Virus record (IMG/VR): IMGVR_UViG_3300032116_000190
Coordinates: 1 to 62,279 of that record
Source: a virus
Lineage: Duplodnaviria; Caudoviricetes
Reading direction: 5' to 3' (one strand)
Length of the DNA stretch: 62,279 nt
A program made the translations under genes and the position numbers. Shown here one piece after another: positions 35,608-44,274 of this stretch. The notes below the pieces were generated by a model that saw only the letters and a program-made list of their open reading frames with translations, had not been told where the DNA came from and ran no database searches. The number at the start of each line of letters is the position of its first letter. The stretch's first letter is position 1.

Positions 35608-35683
35608 TGGGGTGAAGGAGGAGGATCGAACTCCCGACATGCGGTACCACAAACCGCCGCTCTACCACTGAGCTACCGACACC
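35608..35683 (-). tRNA. tRNA-His(GTG) with G-1:C73
   Basis: G-GTGTCGG...CCTTCAC-C-CCA; two acceptor mismatches. Confidence 0.9.
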
Positions 35684-35688
35684 ATAAT

Positions 35689-35762
35689 TGGCATACCCTG
35701 TAGGAGTCGAACCCACGCTGCCTGGGTTGGAACCAGGAGTGCTACCGTAACACTTAGGGCAT
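35689..35762 (-). tRNA. tRNA-Trp(CCA), second copy
   Basis: Cloverleaf, CCA. Confidence 0.9.
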
Positions 35763-35767
35763 ATGAA

Positions 35768-35818
35768 TGGCTGTAACGCAAGTATGGGCCATTGACGAAC
35801 AATGAAGCATTGGTTACA
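35768..35818 (-). ncRNA. CCA-ended mini RNA
   Basis: TGTAAC/GTTACA-G-CCA; CATTG-TTCGT-CAATG. Confidence 0.45.
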
Positions 35819-35847
35819 ATTTAAACGGGACACGTACCATAAGAAAC

Positions 35848-35922
35848 TGGCTGACTAAGTAGGACTCGAACCTACATAACCTTCGTTAACAGCGAAGTGC
35901 ATTACCATTATGCTATTAGCCA
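35848..35922 (-). tRNA. tRNA-Asn(GTT), second copy
   Basis: Cloverleaf, CCA. Confidence 0.9.
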
Positions 35923-35992
35923 ATGAAACTGAATGTGTCTTAGCCCCACCGCGCATGACACTGAATATGGCGCCGGTCCATATTCCCCCAAC

Positions 35993-36069
35993 TGGTGCAA
36001 CCAAAAGGACTTGAACCTTTAACCTTCGGTTTCGTAGACCGATGCTCTATCCAGTTGAGCTATGGCTGC
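35993..36069 (-). tRNA. tRNA-Arg(ACG)
   Basis: Cloverleaf, CCA. Confidence 0.95.
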
Positions 36070-36077
36070 GTGATATT

Positions 36078-36154
36078 TGGTGGTCCCTGAGGGATTCGAA
36101 CCCCCGACATTCTGTTTCGAAGACAGACGCTCTATCCAGCTGAACTAAGGAACC
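36078..36154 (-). tRNA. tRNA-Arg(TCG)
   Basis: Cloverleaf, CCA. Confidence 0.95.
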
Positions 36155-36164
36155 AAATAAGAAA

Positions 36165-36240
36165 TGGTGCTGTTGGAGAGGATTGAACTCTCGACCTCTT
36201 CATTACCAATGAAGTGCTACTACCACTGAGCTACAACAGC
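36165..36240 (-). tRNA. tRNA-Thr(GGT)
   Basis: Cloverleaf, CCA. Confidence 0.95.
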
Positions 36241-36247
36241 ATTAATT

Positions 36248-36323
36248 TGGATGCCCCGCCAGGGCTCGAACCTGGAACCTGCGGAATCAAAATCCGACGT
36301 GCTACCAATTGCACCACGGGGCA
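36248..36323 (-). tRNA. tRNA-Gln(TTG)
   Basis: Cloverleaf, CCA. Confidence 0.95.
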
Positions 36324-36339
36324 GTGTTAACTTGTGCGT

Positions 36340-36368
36340 ATTATATATGCTTAACGAAGCACTGTCAA
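36340..36368 (-). promoter_or_regulatory. Consensus sigma70 promoter inside the tRNA array
   Basis: TTGACA-17-TATAAT. Confidence 0.8.
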
Positions 36369-36374
36369 ATATTT

Positions 36375-36448
36375 TGGATGCCCTCCAAGGACTTGAACCT
36401 TGATTGACGGAGTCAGAGTCCGCTCTCTTACCATTAGAGGAAAGGGCA
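36375..36448 (-). tRNA. tRNA-Gln(CTG)
   Basis: Cloverleaf, CCA. Confidence 0.95.
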
Positions 36449-36795
36449 ATGAAACATCAATTACTAAAGAACACTTGAGGCACAGTCAGATTCGCAGTCT
36501 GGTGCGGTGTATTCTTCTCTCATGTTCTTAAATAATGTATGTGTATAACAAGATGTGTGGTCTTCACGGGCACCCCCACTGGGTGTCGGCACTGTTTTGT
36601 AAATCTTGATATAGGTTAGCCTTTTGTTGATAAGCGATCTATGTTGTCTGGCATTTCAGACTTGACCGCTTATAGAGGATCACTATGTCCTCTACTGAAA
36701 GTTTTTACTCTCTGCGTTCTCTCCGCAGATTTCATCCCTATCACCGCCCCTTCTTTTTTTATAGTGCTTTGCAGGCTCGTTCCGACTTGCACTGT

Positions 36796-36831
36796 AAAAG
36801 GAAAACCCCAAGAACTTTATCGTCCCCGGGG
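36796..36831 (-). terminator. Intrinsic terminator (putative attenuator)
   Basis: CCCCGGGGAC-GATAAA-GTTCTTGGGG-TTTTCCTTTT. Confidence 0.75.
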
Positions 36832-36861
36832 CCTAAATAAACTAGTTTATACTATGTCTAC

Positions 36862-37002
36862 TTATCCACCGGGCACTTGTTCCAATGATGGGGTAAAGTC
36901 GCCGCGAATGCTTGTATTATACGCTGCCACGACCATACCCATAGGAGCTAATTGTCCCCAAAGTGTATGCTGTTTCAGCGATATGTTACAAGTGTTAGTC
37001 AT
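36862..37002 (-). CDS. Putative 46-aa leader peptide containing all 20 amino acids
   Basis: MTNTCNISLKQHTLWGQLAPMGMVVAAYNTSIRGDFTPSLEQVPGG*; between promoter and terminator. Confidence 0.6.
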   Translation of the reverse strand: MTNTCNISLKQHTLWGQLAPMGMVVAAYNTSIRGDFTPSLEQVPGG

Positions 37003-37097
37003 AGTAAAGTTATTTAGTCCTGGTTTAAATTATGCTCATTTAAAGGGTGTTTTTGGCGATTTCTGCTAAAACAACACTTCTCATCAACACAATCACT

Positions 37098-37126
37098 CTT
37101 ATATATCATTCAAAATCGTTTGTCAA
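37098..37126 (-). promoter_or_regulatory. Sigma70 promoter heading the RNA array
   Basis: TTGACA-17-TATAAG. Confidence 0.75.
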
Positions 37127-37144
37127 GAAAAAAATCACCACATG

Positions 37145-37327
37145 TCAATTTTTATTTTCTTTTTCGCTTAGGTCACCGAACGATGCTGAATATAGGCACA
37201 CAAACACAAGAATGTATGCGAAGATAAACGAACCCCATGGGTTAATAGCATGGGGCCAAATGTTCAACCAGGCGCCGACCGCCATACCGAACAGAAAGCG
37301 AGTGCGATTAGAAATAGTCCTAGACAT
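37145..37327 (-). CDS. Small membrane protein
   Basis: Two hydrophobic segments, GGAG RBS. Confidence 0.6.
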   Translation of the reverse strand: MSRTISNRTRFLFGMAVGAWLNIWPHAINPWGSFIFAYILVFVCLYSASFGDLSEKENKN

Positions 37328-37496
37328 TTGTTTGACTCCGTTTTCTCAGCGTATGATTTACACTACACTAGTTTTGGATATATGTCAACCGATCATTGTG
37401 TGAAAAAAGACCAAAACAGAAAAAAAGATAAATAAAGTTGCGGATCACGATGTTACGAGCATCCACCCGCTCTAACGCTACAGAGGAGCATCAGCT

Positions 37497-38024
37497 ATGT
37501 GTATTTATTGTGGTACAAAGAAGTACCGTAAAATATATGAAAATCATCACGGACCCATCCCAAGAGACGAGTACGGTAGAAAATATGATATCCACCACAT
37601 TGATGGAAATCATTCAAACAATGATCCTATGAATCTCAAAGCAGTCACAATCAATGAACACTATGATATTCACTATAGCCAAGGTGACTACGGTGCCTGC
37701 ATTTTAATCTCCCGTAAGATGAACTTTACATCCGAAGAGTTAGCCCATCTTGCAGGTCTCTCTGCTAAAAAGAGGGTGCAAGAGGGAACACATCCTTTTC
37801 TAGGAGGTGCGGTTCAACGAGAGGTAGCACAAAAACTGCTCAAGGCCGGTACTCATCCTTTTCTTGGCGGAACAATACAAAGAAACCTAGCTTATAGATT
37901 AGTTGCGGAAGGTACACATCCTTCTCAAAAAGTTTGGGAATGCCCCTACTGCGGTAAAGTAGGGAAGGGTAAAGGTAACTACACACGGCACCACGGTGAT
38001 AGCTGTAAGATGGCACAAATATGA
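37497..38024 (+). CDS. HNH homing endonuclease with GTHPF repeats
   Basis: DIHHIDGNHSNNDPMNL..EH..IH; C-terminal CPYC. Confidence 0.9.
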   Translation: MCIYCGTKKYRKIYENHHGPIPRDEYGRKYDIHHIDGNHSNNDPMNLKAVTINEHYDIHYSQGDYGACILISRKMNFTSEELAHLAGLSAKKRVQEGTHPFLGGAVQREVAQKLLKAGTHPFLGGTIQRNLAYRLVAEGTHPSQKVWECPYCGKVGKGKGNYTRHHGDSCKMAQI

Positions 38025-38581
38025 ACTTTGACTCTTTCTCTCACGGACAAATCCAAAGCAAAGTCTGGCTTTGCAAAGAACTTGAACGATTCGTACACGC
38101 CAACCTAAAAATTGCTATTTTAGGTAGCTGGTACAATCTCGTTGCGTTTATGCTTCTTACACGGAACGCAGACAGATATCAATACATTTTGGGCATAGAC
38201 ATTGACCCAGAGACAAAACCAATCGCAGACAAGATCACAGAAGCTTGGCGAATTGGTAGTGATTATAAGGTTGAGAACAAAATAGCAGATGCGAACCTTG
38301 AAAATTTGGCAGGCTACGACCTTATAATCAACTGCTCACCCGAGCATATGGACGGTAATGATTGGTTTGAGAATCTTGATTATGGCACTATGGTCTGTAT
38401 TCAGTCTAGTGACGTTCAGACTAGCGACGATGATGTTTGGAAGTGCGTAAATCCAAACGAGAGTTTGGAAGATTTGGTACTAAAATACCCGTTGTCTAAG
38501 TATCTTTACTCCGGAGAGAAGGAGATCAGATATAGCGAAAACAACGGGTACAAGCGTTTTATGCTAATCGGTATTAAATAA
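38021..38581 (+). CDS. Class I SAM-methyltransferase-like protein
   Basis: ILGSWY..IDID..IINCSPEHM. Confidence 0.65.
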   Translation: MNFDSFSHGQIQSKVWLCKELERFVHANLKIAILGSWYNLVAFMLLTRNADRYQYILGIDIDPETKPIADKITEAWRIGSDYKVENKIADANLENLAGYDLIINCSPEHMDGNDWFENLDYGTMVCIQSSDVQTSDDDVWKCVNPNESLEDLVLKYPLSKYLYSGEKEIRYSENNGYKRFMLIGIK

Positions 38582-39011
38582 CACACTTGCCGATTGCAGG
38601 AATCAATCTAGCGATTCGCTTTACTGCATCAAGCTTATATTCTTCTACGCCGGCAGCAGATAGATTATTTGTGATATCTGACACTCGGATATTCAACACA
38701 TGAGCAATAGCTAAAGTGTATAGTGTAGGATTGTCCACAACATCGGAATTGTCAATCATAAGATCAATGACTGTTTTGGCAATATCCTCTCTGATTTCAG
38801 TTCCGCGTAGAGTATCGCTCATCGCAATTTCAAACGCAAGTTCTCCGTTTTCGGTGGCGATAGCTGCTCCTAAAGCACATGCATGAGCATCAATATCATC
38901 AAGCACTTGCTCGGTCATAGCGACTTCAATTTGCTTGCCTAACTCATTGGCGTATTCAGGCAAGCTAACTGTTAATGTATTGACCCAATTTCTATTAAGT
39001 GAGATTGTCAT
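38574..39011 (-). CDS. Degenerate AhpD-like protein
   Basis: LPEYA..HACALGAAIA; no CxxC. Confidence 0.55.
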   Translation of the reverse strand: MTISLNRNWVNTLTVSLPEYANELGKQIEVAMTEQVLDDIDAHACALGAAIATENGELAFEIAMSDTLRGTEIREDIAKTVIDLMIDNSDVVDNPTLYTLAIAHVLNIRVSDITNNLSAAGVEEYKLDAVKRIARLIPAIGKCVI

Positions 39012-39012
39012 A

Positions 39013-39432
39013 TTATCGTGTCCTTCTAGCTAATTGCTGGTACCCACGCCCTGTTGGGTGGTATCTATCTGCCATTGGGCGGGGAATAGTAAGGATAGCA
39101 TCACCGTTTGCTGTAGCAATGCTATCAATTGATGTTTGAATAATTGAAATGTTTGCACCGCTGCTAGGGTTAACTGCTGCGGGAACAATCCAAATTACTC
39201 GGCGGGCATTAATTCTAGAACGTAAAACAGAAAGCTGTTCGTAAGTATCCGTGTATCTATGATCGTTTGTACCTAAGCTGATAACTACAGTGTTTGCGTC
39301 TAGTTGAGTTGTTCTATAATGTCTATTGAATTGTTGACTGTTCCAACCAACGTGGGCATACTCAACACATTCTGGTCTATAATTAGCAATACCCTGAGCA
39401 ATGCTATCACCGATAATCAAACACTCTAACAT
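39013..39432 (-). CDS. SGNH/GDSL hydrolase
   Basis: GDSI, LGTND, DRYHP. Confidence 0.85.
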   Translation of the reverse strand: MLECLIIGDSIAQGIANYRPECVEYAHVGWNSQQFNRHYRTTQLDANTVVISLGTNDHRYTDTYEQLSVLRSRINARRVIWIVPAAVNPSSGANISIIQTSIDSIATANGDAILTIPRPMADRYHPTGRGYQQLARRTR

Positions 39433-39483
39433 GATACATCCTTTAATGATATGTTGGAAGGGACCAAAGTCCCTTCCATTGGA

Positions 39484-40545
39484 TCACAGCGCAAGGTGAC
39501 TGTAATCGTAAAGTGCCTTATCCTTGACACGGGTCAGGATGAGACGGGCGCCCTTGCTTTCAAAGACAAACTTACCTTCCTGACTGTTCAGGTTGATAAG
39601 ATTTTCAGGAGTAAAGCGAAGGTCCTTCCACTCTGCTTCATCATCGTTAGGATCAGTGTCATATTCAATGTTGACACCCTTGACGGCAAGCGGGTTGCCT
39701 CGCCAAATCTCAGGGGAGACAGAGGAGATTTCCCTTCCACCGTCAATCAACTTGATTTCGTACTTAGCACCTTCATCATACTCGGGCTTGGCGTTGAGCA
39801 TTTCAAGTGCTTCCGTCGGAGTCTCACCGTAACGATTCATTTCTTCAACAAGCGCCTTAAGCATGTCAAAGTTGAATTCACCAAACAAGCTAGTGAGTGA
39901 ACAAATCTGATCAATGTACTGCTTGTTGTTGAGGTTATCTTCACAGTACTCACGAATGAAGTTAACGTCAAGACCCTTGAAGTCAAGCAGGTAGAAGATA
40001 CGACCAGGACGATTACGCATGTGCGAGTCAACCCGCCACTTGTCATTCACAGTGAGAACATACAGCTTCTTAGAACCGAACACGCCGTCAAGCAGAGTAA
40101 GAATTTCTTCCTGCTTTTCGCGGTCATAGACCTTCTCAAATTCGTCAAAGAGAACGACACACGGCTGGTCAATGTCCTGCAACAGCTTGAAGAAGCCATC
40201 ACCAGTCCAATCACGATTGATAACAATCGTAGGGACACCCTGCTTAGCAAGTTCAACAGAAATGTTCTTAGCAAGAAGCGTCTTACCAGAACCCTTTTCA
40301 CCGTTCAACAGAACACCGGTCTGCTGCGGACGGTCCCAAAAGCTATTGATAATGCGATCCGTGTGTCGCAGGGTATTACCATACATCTTAGCAGGAATCT
40401 CAAAGCTATCAATCTGCTCAAGATAGAAGTTGCCCATCATATCTACAGCAACAGTGTAGTTGCCTGCAGGAAGCTGCTCATGCAAATCCATTGCCTCCTT
40501 GCTGGAAACACGGAAAGTAGTACCATTCTTCAAAAAGTATGCCAT
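39484..40545 (-). CDS. AAA+ ATPase
   Basis: GEKGSGKT, FDEFEK, RPGR. Confidence 0.9.
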   Translation of the reverse strand: MAYFLKNGTTFRVSSKEAMDLHEQLPAGNYTVAVDMMGNFYLEQIDSFEIPAKMYGNTLRHTDRIINSFWDRPQQTGVLLNGEKGSGKTLLAKNISVELAKQGVPTIVINRDWTGDGFFKLLQDIDQPCVVLFDEFEKVYDREKQEEILTLLDGVFGSKKLYVLTVNDKWRVDSHMRNRPGRIFYLLDFKGLDVNFIREYCEDNLNNKQYIDQICSLTSLFGEFNFDMLKALVEEMNRYGETPTEALEMLNAKPEYDEGAKYEIKLIDGGREISSVSPEIWRGNPLAVKGVNIEYDTDPNDDEAEWKDLRFTPENLINLNSQEGKFVFESKGARLILTRVKDKALYDYSHLAL

Positions 40546-40552
40546 AGTATCC

Positions 40553-40876
40553 TCAAAACTTCAACAGGTTAAACGCAAGCAAGATATCTCGCTTATCTTC
40601 ATCAACAGGGTGGACTGCGATTGCAGTCATTTCACCACCATTCAAGTCTGGCTCAATAAAATATTCGTACTTGATACCAAACTCAAACAGAATCTTTTCA
40701 ACCGCCTGTAGGGCTTCTAGGTTGCGAACACCCACGCAAGTGAAGTAAGTGTTGTCTGGATCTTCGGTTGAGCCAAGCTTAGCCCCCAGCTTCATAGCAA
40801 CGTGTGCAGTCTGCACAAGTTGGTACTCGCGGAAGATATCCTGACGGGTAAAAAAGTATGCGTATCGTTTTGTCAT
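40553..40876 (-). CDS. Second Pth2-like protein
   Basis: VQTAHVA..EPDL..TAIA. Confidence 0.65.
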   Translation of the reverse strand: MTKRYAYFFTRQDIFREYQLVQTAHVAMKLGAKLGSTEDPDNTYFTCVGVRNLEALQAVEKILFEFGIKYEYFIEPDLNGGEMTAIAVHPVDEDKRDILLAFNLLKF

Positions 40877-40924
40877 AGTCTTCTTATAACAGGGGCTGAC
40901 CGTTAAGTCAACCCCTTATTATCC

Positions 40925-42301
40925 TTACTTGTTACTGTTTGCCCGAATTTCGTCAAACGTCATGTCACGGATAAGCTTGCCCATGCTGTAAACAACTTCA
41001 AGCACATCCTGATCCTTAACATCTTCGTAAGCAGCATCTTCGGTAGTGACAGTCTTGAAACCATTGTCAGTTTCAATTAGGACCATACGACCCTTCTTGC
41101 TGCGCTTGCCCTTGTCAGTGATTGGGTCCTTGAAAACGTCAACCCATTCACCGTTGATAAAGGCAGCCGAACACTTCATAGCAAACTTCTGATCGTCACG
41201 ATTGACAATCTGCAACAGTGCGCCGCCCTGTCCGAAAGCCACATTGTCTGCACTGTAGCCTGCAAGCGTGATAGTGTAGAGAATGCTACGAATAGTCTGG
41301 TGATTGATGCCGTCACCCTGCAAGACACGAACATTGTTCAGTACCTTGAAGCCCTTGTCATTGACAGTGTGACCAAAGTACTTGTCAAGAATCTTGAGAC
41401 ACTTAGCGACAACATCTGCCGGGTCACCACTGTCGGGACGAACAACAAGAGTTGCACCACTGTCAAGCACATCCTGCTTCAACTCGGTGCCCCACTTTTC
41501 ACAAGCAGAGAAAATGTCATAGCTGTCAGAAACAGCAGCAACAAGACCGCCGGGCTTAGCATTCTGCTTGAGCATATTGCGATAGCTAGCAACTTCGCCT
41601 TCACGGCCCCAGCTAGTTACAGTGCTGTGTTCCATGGCAGGAATACTGAACCCAGCCATATCAGCACCATAGTAACGACGAGCAAAAAGCAAAGCTTCTA
41701 CCGTATCAGTTCCCTGGAAGTTAACAAGGTGTGCAGCGCCACCAATACCAGCACTCTCAAGACTGGACACGCCACGAGCGCCAAAGTCATGAAGTTTGAA
41801 ATCAATCGTGCTGGGGTCGCCAGTCTTTTCAAGATATTCAAGAATCAACTTCTTGCTCTGATAGCTGTTGGTAGCAACAGTAGTCGGATACCAAATTGCA
41901 CGAAGCAACGCAGTCTCAAGGAAGCTAGTCAACCAGTAGCACTCAGGATCCATGTTGACAATAGTAGCGAGAACATTGCGAGTACCAACTACTGTACCTT
42001 CGGGAACAGCCTTGATCGTAACAGGAAGCTTACCGCCATAAGTGTTGACGATATATTCCCAACCTTCACGATTGAAGGGCTCACCATGTGCAGTGATGAT
42101 AGCTTCGGCTTCGTCAATCATTTCCATCGTCACCGGAGTCAGCATGTACTCCTTGATGAATGCTTGAAGACCGAAGAACACAGTAGCGTCATGAACGCCA
42201 CCGCGGCTTTCAATGTAACTGTAAATGTATTCAGTACCTTCGGGGTACTGATTGAACTGGCTATACTTGTAGCTGTCCGAATTAAGAATGATGTTATGCA
42301 T
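40925..42301 (-). CDS. nadV: Nicotinamide phosphoribosyltransferase
   Basis: DSYK, LHDFGARG, IPAMEHS, VSDSYD, RPDSGDP, QGDG. Confidence 0.95.
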   Translation of the reverse strand: MHNIILNSDSYKYSQFNQYPEGTEYIYSYIESRGGVHDATVFFGLQAFIKEYMLTPVTMEMIDEAEAIITAHGEPFNREGWEYIVNTYGGKLPVTIKAVPEGTVVGTRNVLATIVNMDPECYWLTSFLETALLRAIWYPTTVATNSYQSKKLILEYLEKTGDPSTIDFKLHDFGARGVSSLESAGIGGAAHLVNFQGTDTVEALLFARRYYGADMAGFSIPAMEHSTVTSWGREGEVASYRNMLKQNAKPGGLVAAVSDSYDIFSACEKWGTELKQDVLDSGATLVVRPDSGDPADVVAKCLKILDKYFGHTVNDKGFKVLNNVRVLQGDGINHQTIRSILYTITLAGYSADNVAFGQGGALLQIVNRDDQKFAMKCSAAFINGEWVDVFKDPITDKGKRSKKGRMVLIETDNGFKTVTTEDAAYEDVKDQDVLEVVYSMGKLIRDMTFDEIRANSNK

Positions 42302-42381
42302 AATAGAACTCCTCTATTTAAAAATGCTAGCTTCTATCAGCTAGACTTGATGATTGACTATAACGAATCTTTAGTAGAATG

Positions 42382-42864
42382 TCAACCAAATTCTACCAAA
42401 GTTACTGATCCGCCCTGTGCGGAAATCTTTTCAGCGAAGTCTTCCAACATCGCAATGATACGGTCCTTATCGCCACCTGCAAGTCCCATACCGATATAAG
42501 GGAAGCCGATTTTGAAGGGGCCATATTCTGCTGCCATCTTCTTAAGAATGACTTCAAACGAAGCATACTCAAAATGGTCAACGTCACGGGGTGCAAAGTT
42601 AATTTGCGTATATGCGTTGATGATAACAAACTTATCGGTCACATGGGCAGAAATATTGCCAAGCTTTTGGACTTGACTATTTCCACTGTCCTGCAGGTCT
42701 AGGGTATAAGCTGTATCAGCTTCATACGCTTTTGGATATCGCTCACGAATCTCCTTAGCGATGCCAGAACCCATAGTGTTTAGGCAGTTGCATCCATGAA
42801 CGATTACATCAAACTCACCCTTCTCTGCGAGGTCAATGAGATTACCTTTAGTGTGCTTAAGCAT
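42382..42864 (-). CDS. Macro domain protein
   Basis: KGNL..HGCNC..MGSGIA..PYIGMGLAGG. Confidence 0.9.
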   Translation of the reverse strand: MLKHTKGNLIDLAEKGEFDVIVHGCNCLNTMGSGIAKEIRERYPKAYEADTAYTLDLQDSGNSQVQKLGNISAHVTDKFVIINAYTQINFAPRDVDHFEYASFEVILKKMAAEYGPFKIGFPYIGMGLAGGDKDRIIAMLEDFAEKISAQGGSVTLVEFG

Positions 42865-42866
42865 GA

Positions 42867-43913
42867 TTAAAGCCCCAAGAAATACTGAATGATGAAGTAG
42901 TGGTCGTCAAAGAAATCTTCTTCACGAAGTTCGCTGATTGGAACCCACTTTGCCTTTTCAGCATCATCGGCACCTTTCACCTTAGGCAGCGTAACATCAT
43001 CTGCCAACTTGAAGTGATATGCCTTCGTGATAACACGACCGAGCGTAGAACGATACGGATCGTCAAACGTTTCATGGTCACGAATGCTACCACGCAGCAC
43101 AGCCTCAGGAACCTTAATCTTCGTTTCTTCACGGAGTTCACGAATAGCACCATCAAGCTGCTTTTCATACTCGTTCAAGTGACCGCCGGGCAATGCCCAT
43201 AGACCCTTACCAGGTTCCGAACGGCGCTTAACAAGCAGGATGTGTCCGCTCTGTTCAACAACTGCGTCAACAGTGGCGTGCTTCACGGGATAGGGCGAAA
43301 CTTCCCACTGCTTCTTGTAGTCACGGACAAACTTAAGTTCATTGTGAAGTTGCACGTAAGTATCGGTACCACGAAAATCCATGAGAAACTTAACGACACT
43401 CATAGGAACCGTCTGATTAGACAGAAACCCTCGCTCTAGGTACTGTTCACGAATCTCTGTAGCGTGAAGATCATTCTGAATTTCAACATTCACCGACTTA
43501 TACTGCGGGAACATCTTAAGATAGTAGCTAGTGTTATCCTTACTAGCGCCAATCAATCCGACCTTAGCGTCATTGTAGCCGCTTGCTCTCCAAGAGGTGA
43601 AGTTATTGACAACATCAAGTGCAGTATCAAGCACGATGGTCTGCACCTGCTTAATCCAGGCTGCATCATTATAAGTCTTGTCATAGAGAGGCTTGATGAT
43701 GAGGCGTTCACTATCGGTGAATGCTCCTTCAATCATCTGCTTACGTTCATCAAACGTGAACGGATTTCGGATCGTGCGGGCCTTGCCAGCAGAACCTACT
43801 AGAACTAATACATTGCGGGATTTTTGTAGCGCAATATCAATGATGCGCTTATGTTCATTATGAAAGGGCTGAAAGCGCCCAACAAAGACCAGAAGGTCAA
43901 ACTCTTTTTCCAT
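42867..43913 (-). CDS. nadM: Bifunctional NMN adenylyltransferase/Nudix hydrolase
   Basis: GRFQPFHNEH, RNPF, Nudix box PGG..AIRELREET. Confidence 0.95.
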   Translation of the reverse strand: MEKEFDLLVFVGRFQPFHNEHKRIIDIALQKSRNVLVLVGSAGKARTIRNPFTFDERKQMIEGAFTDSERLIIKPLYDKTYNDAAWIKQVQTIVLDTALDVVNNFTSWRASGYNDAKVGLIGASKDNTSYYLKMFPQYKSVNVEIQNDLHATEIREQYLERGFLSNQTVPMSVVKFLMDFRGTDTYVQLHNELKFVRDYKKQWEVSPYPVKHATVDAVVEQSGHILLVKRRSEPGKGLWALPGGHLNEYEKQLDGAIRELREETKIKVPEAVLRGSIRDHETFDDPYRSTLGRVITKAYHFKLADDVTLPKVKGADDAEKAKWVPISELREEDFFDDHYFIIQYFLGL

Positions 43914-44024
43914 TGCTCAAAACTCCTTTGAAGCGATTTATATAGAAAGTCTATCTTTCTACAAACTTATTTATACAAGGAAAGCCGGGTAAAGTCAAGA
44001 ACTTTCTCTACCCGGCTACCCATT

Positions 44025-44216
44025 TTATTCAATTACAGGATTGGTGAAGGTTACTAACCTAGTCCCGCCCGGCACCCGCCGTACACCGTCAGGAGCAGTC
44101 CAAGAAGCATCATCATCTTCATCAAGATCGCGCCAATCATCCCACACATCTTTCATTGCTACCGGTACAATATACCAATGACCACTGTTGTCACGATCAA
44201 GAAAAAACTGTTCCAT
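44025..44216 (-). CDS. Small hypothetical protein
   Basis: DNSGHWYIVP; behind repeated promoter. Confidence 0.7.
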   Translation of the reverse strand: MEQFFLDRDNSGHWYIVPVAMKDVWDDWRDLDEDDDASWTAPDGVRRVPGGTRLVTFTNPVIE

Positions 44217-44274
44217 TTTACTTCCCCTTGCTATACATTCGTTATAGCATTTTGGGCAAGCTATGTCAACCGTT

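Noticed and set aside
36461-36474. boxA-like GTGTTCTTTAGT
   Set aside because: Forms the 3' arm of a long hairpin with no adjacent promoter
30864-36700. Short ORFs overlapping tRNAs (30864, 30970, 31987, 34404, 35458, 35483, 35591)
   Set aside because: Translations of tRNA/ncRNA sequence
41300-42499. 399-aa plus-strand ORF
   Set aside because: Antisense shadow of nadV with no motifs; the same applies to shadows over rtcB, ARH, the AAA ATPase and nrdA
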